Assembly: GCF_009914755.1 (NCBI RefSeq) | Contig: NC_060942.1 | Direction: 5' to 3' (one strand) | Origin: the human T2T-CHM13v2.0 reference genome, Homo sapiens | DNA length: 64,000 nucleotides | Shown: piece after piece, positions 1 to 13,078 of the stretch | Layout: every line of letters starts with the position of its first letter | Position numbering within the stretch: the stretch's first letter is position 1 | Program-made: the position numbers and the translations under genes | The notes under the pieces: generated by a model | The model's database searches: none | Seen by the model: the letters and a program-made list of their open reading frames with translations, nothing else | Told to the model about the DNA's origin: nothing

Positions 1-256
1 TGGTTCTTCAAATCCAATGTCCTCTTTCACTGAAGCAATTTTTCTAAAGCGTAAATTGGTCCATTTTCTTCTGCTGAAAAATCAAACATTTGATCTCTTC
101 CATAATAAAGTACAGCTTACTTAATGCAGCTTGTAATGATCTCCACAGTCTGTTGCCAGCCCATCTATATAGTCTTATTTCTCTTAACTCTTGTCCTAAA
201 CTATTATAGGAACATGGAACTCACTGTAGTTTCCCATATATCTGTCTAGTCATCTG

Positions 257-342
257 TTATCTATCTATCTATAAATCTATCTATAAATCTATCTATCATC
301 TATCTATCTATCTATATCTATATCTATCTTTCTATATATCTA
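257..342. repeat. (TCTA)n/(TATC)n tetranucleotide microsatellite, interrupted
   Basis: Run of atctatctatct... units read directly. Confidence 0.9.
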
Positions 343-449
343 TTTTGCCCTCACTCTGAGCTTTTACTTATTTCTGTACTCTGACGTAAAATCTTCACCT
401 CCTCCACCTCAATTAAGCACAATTATTCTGTATTTTAAAAATAGAAATA

Positions 450-2793
450 TTTTTAGAGCAGTTTCAGTTTCACAGTAAAATTTTTAAAAAGGTAGAGATT
501 TCCCATATACTCCCTGCCCCCATATATACATAGCCTCCCCATTGTCAGTATCCTGTACCAGAGTGACACATTTGTTCCCGATGAAACTACATGGCATATC
601 ATTAGCAACAAAAAAGCATAGTTTACATTAGAGTTCACTCTTGGTATTGTACATTTTATGGGGTTGGACATACGTATAATGACGTGTATTAACTGTTATA
701 GTATTATACAGAGTGTTTCACTGCCCTAAAAATCCTCTGTGCTCTGCTAATTCGGCCCTCTCTCTCTCCTTCCCTTCCAATCCTGGCAACCACTGATATT
801 TTTCCTGGCAACCACTGATATTTTTACTGTTTCCATAGTTTTAACTTTTTTAGAATGTCATATATTTGGAATCATACAGTGTGCATCCCTATTAGATTGG
901 CTTCTTTTACATAGTAATATGCATTTAAGTTTACTCCATGTCTTTTCATGGCTTGATAGCTCATCTCTTTTCAACACTGAATTATGTTATCACAGTTTGT
1001 ATATCCATTCACTTCCTGGAGGACATCTTGGTTGCATCCAAGCACTGGATATTATGAATAAAGCTACTATAATCATCTAGGTACAGGTTTGTTTGTGTGG
1101 GTATATATTTTCAACTCCTTTGGATGAATATCAAAACCATGATTGCTGGATCGTATAGTAAGGCCATGTTTAGTTTTATAAGAAACGGCCAAACTGCCTA
1201 CCAAAGTGTACCATTTTTTATTTCTACCAACAATGAATCCTGTTGCATCACATTCTTTCCAGCATGTCAGTGTTCTGGATTTTGGTCATTCTGATAGGTG
1301 TACAGTGCTGCCTTATCAGAGTTTTAATTTGTATTTCCCTGGTGACAAGCTATGAAGCACCTTTTCATTTCACCTTTTCACTTATTTGCCTTCTGTATGT
1401 TTTTTATGGTGAGATATTTGTTAAGCTCTTTGGTCTTTTTTGTCTTCTTACTATTGAGTTTTCAGTGTTTTTTCTTTATTTTGGGTAAAAGTGCTTTATT
1501 AGATATGTCTTTTGCAAATATTTCTCTCTCAATCTGTGGCCCATTTTTTCATTCTCTTGATGGTGTATTTAACAAAACAGAAATTTTTTATTTTAATGAA
1601 TTCTAGCTTATTATTTTTTCTTTTATAAGTGTGTCAACGCCATCATACCTAAACTTCATCACCAAACCCAAGGCCATCTAAATTTTCTCCTATGTTTTCT
1701 TCTAGGAGTTTTACAGTTTTGCATTTTACATTTAGGTCTGTGATCAATTTGAGTTAATTTTCATAAATGTTTGTAAGATCTGTCTAGATTGATTTTTTTA
1801 TACATGAATGTTCAGATGTTTAAGCACAATTTATTGAAAAAACTGTCTATGCTTTGTTGTATTACCTTTGCCTCTTTGATAAAGATCAGCTGATTATATG
1901 GGTCTATTTCCAGATTCTGTATTCTGTTCCATTGATTTGTCTATTGTTTCACTAACATCATACTGTCTTGATTACTGTAGCTTTATGATAAATCTTAAAT
2001 TTGGGTAGTGTCAGTCCATTCACTTTGTTTTTCTCCTTCAATATAGTGTTGGCTATTGTGGATCTTTTACCTGTTCATATAACTTTAGAATCTGTTTTAT
2101 CAATATCCACAAAATAGTTGCTGAAGTTTGAATTGGGGATGCATTGAATCTACAGAATAAATTGGAAAGAACTGGTATCCTCACAAAATTGAATCTTCCT
2201 ATCCATTAACATAAATTATTTCTCCATTTATTTACTTACTTGATTTCTGTGATCAGAGTTTTGCAGCTTTCCTTATATAGTTCTTGTACACATTTTTTAA
2301 GACTTACACCTGAGAGTTTTATTTTGTGGAGTGCTAATTTAAATCACATTATGTTTTTAATTCCAAATTTAACTTGTTTATTACTGGTATATAGAAAAGT
2401 GATTGGCTTCTGTATATTAATCTTGTATTGTACAACCTTGACATAATCAAGTATTTGTTATAGTAGGTTTTTCTTATTGCTTCTTTTAGATTTTCCACAT
2501 AAGCAGTGATGTCATCTGCAAAGTTTTATTTCTTTCTTCCCAATCAGCGTATTTATATTTCCCTTTCTTATCTTATTGCATTAGGTAGAACTTTCAGTAT
2601 AATGTTAAAAAGCAGGTGAGAGGAGATATCCTTGCCTTCTTCCTGATCTCACTAGAAAGGCTTCTAGTGTCTCATTAAGTGTGTTGTTAGCTGTAGGGTG
2701 TTTGTAGATTTTCTTTCGTAAGTTGAGGAAGTTTCCCTCTATTTCTAGTTTACTGAGAGTTTTACTATGAAGAAGAGTTGTATTTTGTCAAAT
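450..2793 (-). mobile_element. Old L1 (L1MC-like): 3' UTR and distal ORF2, left part of a split element
   Basis: Starts ttttagagcagtttcagtttcacag...ttcccatatactccctgccccc, resembling the L1MC 3' end in antisense. T-rich antisense ORF2 sequence follows and ends at ttttgtcaaat. Confidence 0.85.
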
Positions 2794-2863
2794 TTATTTA
2801 TTTTTTTGCGCAACAGTAAAGTGTTCATTGAATTATTCTGAAGTTTATTTAGACGTGTTCTTG

Positions 2864-5800
2864 TTTATTTCCAGCCTTTATTTTAGATTCGGGGGTACAT
2901 ATGCAGGTTTGTTACATGTGTATATTGTGTGATGTTGAGGTTTGAGGTATGTATGATCCCATCACCCAGGTAAGAGAGTAGTATCCAATAGTTAGTTTTT
3001 AAACCATTTTCCCCTCCCCCCACTCTAGTTGTCCCCAGTGTCTACTGCTGCTATTTTTATGTCCATGAGTACTCAATGATTAGCTCCCACTTATAAGTGA
3101 GAACACATGGTATTTGGTTTTCTGTTTGTGTGTTAATTTGCTATGGAAAATGGCTGCCTACTGCATCCATGTTGCTGCAATGGACATGATTTCATCCTTC
3201 TTTATGGCTGCATAGTATTCCATGGTATATATGTACCACATTTTCTTTAGCCAATCCAACATTGATGGGTATTTAAGTTGATTTCATGTCTTTGCTATTA
3301 TGAGTAGTGTTTTGATGGATGTGCTAGTGCATGAGTCTTTTTGGTAGAACAATTTGTTTCTAAGTTCTTTGAGAAATCTCCAAACTGCTTTTCACAGTGG
3401 CTGAAGTAATTTACATTCCCATCAAAAGCGTATAAGAATTCTCTTTTCTTTGCAATGTCACCAACATCTGTTACTTTTTGGTTTTGATATGAATTTCTTT
3501 GATGAGTAGTGATGTGGAGCATTTATTTCATATGTCTGTTGGGTGCTTAGATGTCTTCTTTTGAGGAGTGTCTTTTCACATCCCTTTCCCATTTTTAAAT
3601 GGGATTATGTTTTTTGCTTGTTCAATTGTTTATGTTCCTTATAGATTCTGAATATTAGGCCTTTGTTGGATGCATACTTTGTGAATATTTTCTCCAACTC
3701 TATTTGTTGTCTGTTTACTCTATTGATAGTGTCTTTTGCTTTGCAGAAGACGCTTAGTTTTATTAGGTTCCACTTGTCAATTTTTGCTTTTGTCACAATT
3801 GCTTTTGAGATCTTAGTCATAATCTCTTTCCCAAGGCCAATGTTGAGAATGCTGTTTCCTAGGTTTTCTTCTAGGATTCTTACAGTTTGAGATCTTATAT
3901 TTAAACCTTTAATCCAAATTGAGTTAATTCTTATATAAGGTGCAAGGTAGAGGTCCAGTTTCACTCTTCTACATATGGGTAGCTAGCTATCCCAGCACCA
4001 TTTATTGATAAGGAAGTCCTTTCCCCATTGCTTATTTTTGTCGACTGTCAAAGATCTGATAGCTGTAGATGTGCAACTTTATTTCTGGGTTCTCTGTTCT
4101 GTTCCATTGATCTATGTGTCTGTTTCTGTACTAATACCATGCTGTTTTGATTACTACGTAGCCTTGTAGTATAGTTCAAAGTTGGATAATGTGATGCTTC
4201 TGATGACTTTGTTATTTTTGCTTGGGATTACTTTGGCTATTTGGATTTTTTTTTTATTCCATATTAATTTAGAATTGCTTTTTTTCTAGTTCTATGAAAA
4301 ATGACACTGGTTATTTGATAAGAATAGTGTTAAATCTGTAGATTGCTAAGAGCAGCATGGCTATTTTAACAATATTGATTCATCAAATCCATGAGCATGG
4401 AATGTTTTTCCATTTGTTTGTGTCATCTATGATTTGTTTTGACAGTGTTTTGTAGTTCTCTTTTTAGAGCTCTACACCTCTTTGTTTAAATATATTCCTA
4501 GGTGTGTGTGTGTGCCTATCATAAATGGGGTTGCTTTAGTTTTTTTTCCTCAAATTAATCTTTTAATTTAATTAAAAATTTAATAAATATTCAAGCAACA
4601 TTTTTTTTTGTAGCGCAAGACACAGAATCCACATATTAGGGTAAAAAGAAAATCAAGAGCAACTAAGACAACCTTTAAAAACTGAGAAAGGAGAGGAAGT
4701 ATGTCCTATAAGGAGACACGAATTATTGTATATTACAGTAATGATATCTATGTGCATTGGTACAAAGTAATACAATTTGGCTCTCAGCTTGAATGTTCTT
4801 GGTGTATAGATATGCTACTGACTTTTGTACATTGATTTTGTGTCCTGAAACTTTACTGGTCATTTATCAGTTCCAGGAGCTTTTTGTGGAGTTGTTAGGG
4901 TTTTCTAAGTATAGAATCCCATCATCCCCAGAGAGCTAGTTTGACTTCTTTTCCTATTTGGATAACTGTTCTTTCTTTTGCCTGATTCCTCTGGCTAGCA
5001 CTTTCAGTACTGTGTTGAATAGGAGTGGTGTCTTTTTCCAGGTCTTAAGAGAAACGCTTCTAGTTTTTGCCCATTCGGTATTATGTTGGCTATGGGTTTG
5101 TCATAGATGGCTTTTGTTGTTTTGAGGTATGTTCCTTCAATGCCTACTTTCTTGAGTTTGTGTGTGTGTGTTTGTGTGTGTGTGTGTTTTAATCATGAAC
5201 AGTTGTTGGATTTTACCAAAAGCTTTTTTCACATCTATTGAGATGATGATATTGTTTTGTTTTAAATTCTGTTTATGGGCTGAATCACATTTATTGATTT
5301 GTGTTTGATGAACCAGCTTTGCATCCCATGAATGAAGCATCCTTGATGGTGGTGACTTAACTCTTTGATGTGCTATTGATTTCAATTTTCTAGTATTTTA
5401 CTGAGGATTTTTGGGTCTATGTACATCAGGGATATTGGCCTAGAGTTTTCTTTTTTCTGTTGTGTCTTTGCCACATTTTGGTATCAGAGTGGATTTTGGT
5501 TTATATAATGAATTAGCAAGGAGTCCCTCCTCCTTGATTTTTTGGAATAGTTTCAGTAGGATTGGTAACAGCTCTTCTTGTATGTTTGGTAGAATTTGGC
5601 TGTGAATCTATCTGGCCTAGGGCATTTCTTTCTTTCTTTCTTTTTTGATGGGTAGACTTTTTATTATTGATTCAAATTTAGAACTCTATATTGGCCTCTT
5701 TGGGATTTCAATTTCTTTCTGATTCAAAAGTGGAAGATTATTTGCTTCCAGGAATTTATTCATTTCCTCTAGATTTTCTAGTTTGTGTGCACAGAGCTGT

Positions 5801-8800
5801 TTATAATTTTCTCTCAGGGTATTTTATATTTCTCTGGGATCAGCTATAATGCCACCTGTGTCATTTTTTATTCCACTTATATGTATCTTCCCTTTTGTTC
5901 TTTGTGAATCTAATTAGTGGTCAGTTAATCTTGTTCATTTTTTCAAAAAACCAACATTTAGGCTGTTGATTTTTTTGTATGGAATATTGGGTCTCAATCT
6001 TGCCTATTTATGCTCTAATTTTATTTATTTTCTTCTGCTAGCTTTGGGCTTAGTTTGTTCTTGTTTTTCTAGTTTCTCTAGGTGTGATGTTAGATCATTA
6101 ATTAGAGATCTTTCTAACTTTTGTGGTAGGTGTTGAATGCTATGAGCCTTCCTCTTAACACTGCTTTTGCTGCATCCCAGAGATTTTGGTATGTTCTGTC
6201 TCTGTCTTCATTCATTTCAGTTTTTTTTTCCTTTTGCCTTAATTTCACTGTTTACCTAAAAGTCCTTCAGGAGCAAGTCATTTAATTTCCATGTAATTGT
6301 GTGGTTTTGAGGGATCTTCTTGGTATTTATTTCTGTTTTTATTCCACTGTGGTCTGAAAGTGTGATTGCTATGGTTCTGATATTTTGGAATTTATTGAGG
6401 CTTGCCCTATGACCAAGCATGTGGTCAATCTTGGAGTATGTTCTGTGTGCAGATGAGAAAAATGTATATTCTGTGGTTGATGGATGGAGAATTCTGTAGA
6501 TGTCCATTAAGTCCTATTGGTCAAGTGTCAAATTTAAGTTTAAAATATTTTTATTAGTTTTCTGCCGTGATGATCTGTCTAATGCTGACAGTGGAATGAA
6601 GCCCTCCACTATTATTGTGTGGCTAAGTATTTTCATAACTCTGGAAGGTCCAGTTTTGTGAATCTGGGTACTCTTATTTTGGGTGCATATATCTTTATGG
6701 TATTTAAGTCTTACTGTTGAATTGATTCCTTTATCAGCATGTAATGCCCTTCTTTGTCTCTTTTTACTGTTGTTGGTTTAAAGTCTATTTAATCTGAAAT
6801 AAAAATAGTGATGCCTTCTTTTTTTGTTTGTTTGTTTTGTTTTCTGTTTATGTTGTAAATCCTTCTCCATCCCTTTATCTTGAACCTATAGGTGTCATGT
6901 GTGAGATGGGTCTCTTGAAGACTATAGACAGATGGGTCTTGTTTTTTTCATTCAACTTGCCACTCTGTACCTTTTAAGGGGGGCACTTAGACTATTTACA
7001 TTCAAAGTTGATATATGAGGCTTTGATTCAATTGTGAAGTTGTTGGCTGGTTGCTTTGTAGTTTCTGTTATATGGTTCCCTTATAGGGTCTTTGGGCCAT
7101 GCACTTAAGTGTGCTTTTGTGGTAACAGGTATTGTTCTTTAGTTTATATATTTAAAACTCTCTTAAGGATCTCTTTTAATGCTAGTCTAGTGGTAATGAA
7201 TTTTCCCTTAGTGCTTGATTGTCTGGAAAATATTTTATTTCTCATTCACTTATGAAGCTTAGTTTGGCAGGATATGAAATTATTGATTAGAATTCCTTTT
7301 CTTTAAGAATGTTGAAAATAATCCCTCAATTTCTCCTGGCTATTAAGATTTCTGCTGTGAAGTCCACTGTCAACCTAATGAGGCTTTGTACATGATCTGA
7401 CCTTTTTCTCTAGCTGCCTTTAAGATTTTCTCTTTAGTGTTGACCTTGAAGAGTCTGGTGACAATATGCCTTGGTTCTCTTTGTTTTGAGTAGTATCTCA
7501 CAAGTGTTCTCTGAATTTCTTGTATCTATACGTCCACCTCTCTAGCATGTTCAGGGAAATTTTCTTGAATTATTCTCTCAAATATGTTTTCCAGGTTGTT
7601 TACTTTTTCTCCCTCTTTCTCAGGAATGCCAATAATTGATAGGTTTGGTTACTTTACATAATCCCATATTTCTTGACTTATAAACAAAGTATTTCAATTG
7701 TATTTTGAAATTCCTTAAGTGAGTTTTTCAACTCTGGAAGCTCTGATTGATTTCTTTATAAGATTTTATCTCTTCCTGCATTTTCTGCGTTGCTTTAGCA
7801 TTTTCCTTGTGTTGATTTTCAACCTTGTTTTTGAGCTTGTTGAGCTTCCTTGAAATCCGTGCTTTGAATTCTTTATCTGTCATTCCTGAGTTTCCATTTT
7901 GGTTAGGAACTGTTGCTGGAGAGCTAGTGCAATCCTTTGGTGATGGTATCTCATTCATATTTTTCATGGTGCCGGAATTCTCGTGCCGAATCTTTGTCAT
8001 CTGGATACACTTGCACTTTTAATTTTTGTAATCATTTTTCTCCAGGTAGAATTTTTTTCTTTCTTTCCCATTATTATTTTCTTTTCCCTTTGCCCCCCTT
8101 TTTAGGGGGTGTAATTGTAGAGCATACTGGGTAGGATCTTTTGGGTTAGCTTCCATAAACCCATGCATTTCTTTTGGCAGGTTTTATATAGGGTTATGCA
8201 GTTCAACCTACAAGCCAGTAGATGGCACTTATGGGTAAGAGCCGGCTGGCTGCGCCAAAGTGGCTGGGTACATATTTGATCCATGTTTATTGGGAGAAGC
8301 TCTTTGTTGCCTGAGGCAATGAGCTGTGTGTCCCCCCTGCCCCCCCGGAGTCTCGCTCTGTCGCGCAAGCTGGAGTGCAGCAGCACCATCTCTCGGCTCC
8401 CTGCAACCTCCGCCTCCCTGGTTCAAGCGATTCTCCTGCCTCAGCCTCCCGAGTAGCTGGGATTAGAGGCATGCGCCACCACGCCTAGCTAATTTTTGTA
8501 TTTTCAGTAGAGACGGGGTTTCACCATATTGGGCAGGCTGGTCTCAAACTCCTGACCTCGTGATCTGCCCGCCTCGGCCTCCCAAAGTGCTGGGATTACA
8601 GGCGTGAGCCATCGCGCCCGGCCAATGAGCTGATCTTAGAGTGCACGGTGATTTGAGCTCCCTGCTCAGCCCCGGGAGGAGATGGAGACCAAGATGGATG
8701 GAGCCAGACCTGGCAGTTCTGCCTACAGGTCCACCAATGGCAGGAAAAAGCACCAGCGCCAAGAGAAAATCCAGTGGGTAGGCACCAAGCACCCTGAGTG

Positions 8801-9765
8801 TGCCTAGGTGTGGAGCCAGGAAACCCTCTCAACCACAAGTTTTCTGCACAGGGATGGGAGATGGCCTAAACTCCTAATCCAGGTGAGAAGGTGCTCCAGA
8901 TGCCTGGAGATCTGCCTGCGCATGCAGAAGAGAGGCCCCCACTGCACTGTGATCTACGTCCATGAAGGGTGGGGCAGCTCAGGCTGTTGGTCCAGGCAAG
9001 CAGGTGCTCTAAACACCTGCACTTCCACCCGGAGGTGGAGCAGAGAGGGTCCTGCTGCACTACAACCTCAGGGGAGCAGGCTGGGGCAAACAGCAATGGC
9101 ACACTCAGATGGATTATAGGTTGCCAAGGTGGCCCTGGTTGCAAGTCTCACTGTCCAAGAGAAACTGTAGCTGCAGCAGATCTCCTCCTGGGTAGCGCGC
9201 AATTACAGCAACTACTGTTGAAGTGCTTTCCACAGTTCTGGCTGTGGAGGCCCTTATCTTCGCTCCAGAGCAGGTGTTCCAATCTTTTGCATGATACTAA
9301 AATGCCTGAATGGCCCTGCTGAAAGGTTGCCAAAGGATGGCTGACTTTGTATATGCCCAGATTAAAAATGATGTCCTGCTTTTGGTACTGGGTCTGCAAA
9401 AATGTCAGCAGCTTTTCCAGTGTCTTTCCATCAGAGCATTTCTAAGCCTCTCCTCAAGTTAGTTCCAGAGCTTGGGAGAAACAAAGTTCTCTCCCTTGGC
9501 CTGGGTTGCTCAGGTTCCCAGTGGAAAGGCGAATCACAGAGGGAGGCTCTCTGCTTCTCTCACGTACAGGAGCTTCACTGTTTTATCAGCAAGACGGCAT
9601 CACAGGGGCTGTTTGCCAGCATTCTCCTCCCTGGGATCATGAGGTGTCCTTCTTGATTGCAGTACATTCCCATTTTCCTTCTTGAAGTAAAGCTCACAGA
9701 GTATAGCCACTTGTTATTTCCAAATGGCTGAGGCATGCTAAAAGTCTCTAATCTGCCAATTTGGA
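2864..9765 (-). mobile_element. Full-length decayed primate L1 (L1PA13-16/L1PB-type)
   Basis: 3' end ttttagattcgggggtacatatgcaggtttgttaca. Minus-strand ORF2 remnants at 3605-3964 (KIDKWNLIKL) and 6256-6507 (EYTFFSSAHRTYSKIDHMLGH, endonuclease). ORF1-like remnant at 7728-8000. GC-richer 5' UTR at 8640-9765. Confidence 0.92.
8347..8623 (-). mobile_element. AluS inserted in the L1 5' region, lacking a poly(A) tail
   Basis: Complete Alu body. TSD AATGAGCTG at 8318-8326 and 8624-8632. Confidence 0.97.
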
Positions 9766-9792
9766 AAAAAAAGAAAAAGAAAAAGAAAAACC

Positions 9793-12125
9793 TAATTGCT
9801 TTTCTTTATCTATTAGCATTATTATGAATTTTTTTTATTTAGCCTGTTGTGATGGATTTATCTGGGATAAATGCCACTTGTTTTGGTTTCATTCTATACA
9901 TTGTTGAATTTTATTTGCTAATATTTTGTTGAGCATTTTCTGTATCTATTGTTTATTAGAGATGCTGGTCTATAGTTCTCTGTTATTGTAATGTCTTTGT
10001 CTGGTTTTGATATTTGGGTGATACTGGCCTCATGGAATGAGTTAAAAAAGTATTTTGTCTCCTTCTATCTTCTGAAAGAGATGGCAGAGAATTAGTATAA
10101 TTTCTTCCTTAAGTGTTTGGTAGAATTTACAAGGGAACCCATCTGGGCCTCGTGTTTTCTTTAGTAGATATAGACATATTCAGATAGTTTTTGACTCCTG
10201 TGTAAGTTTTAGCAGATTGTGACTTTTAAGGAATTGATCCATTTCATCTAGATTTTTAAATTTGTGAACATAGATTTGCTCACAGTGTTTCTCAATACTA
10301 CGGTCTGAATATTTGTGTCTCCTCCAAATTCATATGTTAAGATCAAAATGTGCTAGGCAGTGGTATTAGGAGGTGAAGGCTTTGTGAAGTGATTAGGTTA
10401 TGATGAGAGAACTCCCATTAATGGGATTATTGCTATCATAAAAAAAGATCTAAGGGAGCTCATTCACCCATTCCAGTATATCAGGAAGTTGGGCCACCCT
10501 TACTAGACATCAAATCTCCTGATGCCTCCATCTTGTACTTCCCAGCCTCCAAAACTTTGAGAAATAAATTTCTATTGTTTATAAGCCACCCAGTTTACGG
10601 TATTTTGTTACCGCAATCTGAATGAACTAAGACCCTTGATTATCCTTTTAATGTGCATGGGTTCTGTAGTGATTTCACTCTTTTATTTCTGCTATTAACA
10701 ATTTGTGCCCTCTCCCTTTTTTTTTCTTAATTAGCCCAATTAGATGCTTATTAATTTTGTCTATCATTTTAAAAAACCAGCTTTTTATTTCATCGCTTTT
10801 CTCTGTTGATTTCCTGTTTTCAATTTCGCTGATTTCTGCTCTAATTTTTATTTTTTTTCTGCTTACTCTTTATTTAATTTGCTTTTTTCTCTTATTTTCT
10901 AAAATGAGACTGTAGATTATTAATCTTAGCTCTTTCTTCTTTTCTAATATGTATATTCAATTCTGTTCCTTTTAAGGAATAGCTATTTCTTTCAAATTTA
11001 CTTCTGAGCATTGGTTTTGCTGCATTCCAGAAATCTTGATAAGCTATGTTTTCCTTTTTACTTAGTTCAAAAATATTTTTAAAGTTCTCTTGAGAGTTCT
11101 TTGACCCAAGTGTTATTTACACATATGTTGCTTAATTTCCATGAATTTGGGGAATTTTCCAGTTATTTTTCTGTTTTTAATTTCTAGTTTAATTCCATAG
11201 TGGTCTGCTAGTAGCCACGATGTTCTTTTAAGTTTATTAAGGTGTGCTTTATGACCCAGAATGTGGTCTATCTTTGTCAGTGTTCCATGTGAACTTGAGA
11301 AGAATTTGAATTCAGCTGTCATTATATGAAATAGTATACAGATCTCAATTTTATCCCAGTTGATTGATGGTGTTGTTAAATTCAACTGTGTCTCTACAGA
11401 TTTTCTGCCTGATGCTTGTGTTCATTTCTAATAGAAGGATGTTGATGTCTCCAACTATAATAGTAGATTCATTCTATTTCTTCTTTCAGTTCCATCAGTT
11501 TTTGCTTCACATATTTTGACACCCACTTATTAAGTATATACATGTTAAAGATTGTTATGTTTTCTTGGAGAATTGATTCCTTTCTTATTATGTAATACCA
11601 TTCTTTATTTCTGATAACTTCTCTTTTTTGCAGTCTGCTCTGTGTGAAATTAATATAGCTGCTCCCACATTGTTTTGATTACTGTTGACGTAGGATGTCT
11701 TTCTCCATTCATTTACATTTAATCTACATGTGTCTTTATATTTAATGTGTGTTTCTTCTAGACAATATATAGTTGAGTCTTTATTTTTTAGTTCATGCTG
11801 ATAATTTCTGAGTTTTAATTGATGTATTCAGACCATTAATGTTCAAAGTGATTAGTTATATAAATATTTCATATATTTTATCTTTGTTGTCTTTGTTCTT
11901 TGTTCCTGTTTTTGTCTTCTGCTCTTTTTCTGCCTTATGTGTGTGGTTTTAATTGAGCATTTTATATGATTCTATTTTCTCTCCTTTTTTAGCATATCAG
12001 GTATACTTTTTTCCCCTCACTTTTGTTAGTGGTTTCCCTAGAGTTTGCCATATGCATTTACAGCTATCTGGAACTCCCTTTCAGAAAACACTATACCACT
12101 TTGCAGGTAGTGTGAATATAATAAC
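9793..12125 (-). mobile_element. Old L1 (L1MC-like), right part of the split element (ORF2 RT/endonuclease and upstream)
   Basis: Resumes ...tgcttttctttatctatt where 2793 left off. ORF 11113-11385 (FFSSSHGTLTKIDHILGHK) is L1 endonuclease. Confidence 0.85.
10296..10634 (+). mobile_element. MaLR solo LTR (MLT1A/MLT1A0-like) inside the L1MC
   Basis: Starts tactacggtctgaatatttgtgtctcctccaaattcatatg. Contains cttcccagcctccaaaactttgagaaataaatttctattgtttataagccacccag and ends actaagac. Confidence 0.88.
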
Positions 12126-12129
12126 TGAG

Positions 12130-12245
12130 TTAAATTATCAAAGTACATTATTAAAATTGATTTAACTTGTTCCTTTTTAATCTTTTCTGTGGCTTCTAGA
12201 CAATTTAAAATTACATGTGTGACTCACATATTTATTCTGGATAAT
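12130..12245. mobile_element. hAT-Charlie MITE fragment (MER3/MER33-like)
   Basis: tgtggcttctagacaatttaaaattacatgtgtgactcacat matches the recalled MER3 terminus. Confidence 0.6.
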
Positions 12246-12285
12246 AATAGTCTCAAGTATGCTTCCACTTGGGGAGAAAAAAATG

Positions 12286-12292
<7 letters not shown>

Positions 12293-12324
<32 letters not shown>
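12293..12324. repeat. (TA)n microsatellite
   Basis: Direct read. Confidence 0.95.
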
Positions 12325-12326
<2 letters not shown>

Positions 12327-12344
12327 TAGATAATGGACATTTAT

Positions 12345-13078
12345 TTTTATTTCTAATTTTTCTGAGTTTTATTTTTGGTTCAGGGAGTACAGGTGCAGTT
12401 TCTTTACATGAGTAAATTGTGTGTTGCTGAGGTTTGGTATGTGAATAATCCCATCACCCTGGTAGTGTGCATAGTAACCAATAGTTTTTCAACCCTTGCC
12501 CCCTCCCTCTTTCCCCTTTTAGTAGTACTCAGTGTCTATTGTTCTCATCTTTGTTTCTCTATGTACCCAATATTTAGCTCCCACTTATAAGTGAGAATAT
12601 GTGATATTTGCTTTTCTGTTTCTATGTTAACTTGTTTAGATAATATCCTCTAGCTGCATCCATTGTTGTGGCAATTAAAATGAATTCCTTCTTTTCTGTA
12701 GCTGTGTGGTACCCATGGTGTATATGTACCACATTTGCTTTAGCACGTCCACTGTTGATGGGCATCCAGGTTGATTTCATGTTTTTCGTATTGCAAATAG
12801 TGCTGTAATGAACACACTAGTGTGTGAGACTTTTGATAGAACGATTTATTTTCCTTTGAGTACACACCCAGTAAAGGGATGGCTAGGTAGAATGGTAGTT
12901 CTGTTTTAAGTTCTTTGAGAACTCTCCAAACTGCTTTCCACAGTGGCTGAACTAATTTCAGTTTCCACCAACAGTGTATATAATGCGTTCCATTTTCTTC
13001 ACAACCTCACCAACTTTTTTTTTTTTTACTTTTAAAAATAGCCATTCTGACTGATGTGAGATGATATCTCATTATAGA
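12345..13078 (-). mobile_element. 5'-truncated L1PA13-16/L1PB-type 3' fragment
   Basis: Same 3' UTR motifs as the 2864 element (tagctcccacttataagtgagaa, ctccaaactgctttccacagtggctgaac). Confidence 0.9.

Noticed and set aside
3605-8000. L1 ORF1/ORF2 as functional CDS
   Set aside because: Many stops, internal deletions, microsatellites and a foreign insert show that the element is dead.
8544-9656. Cluster of GC-rich ORFs suggesting a gene or CpG island
   Set aside because: It lies in the L1 5' UTR and the Alu, and CpGs outside the Alu are depleted.
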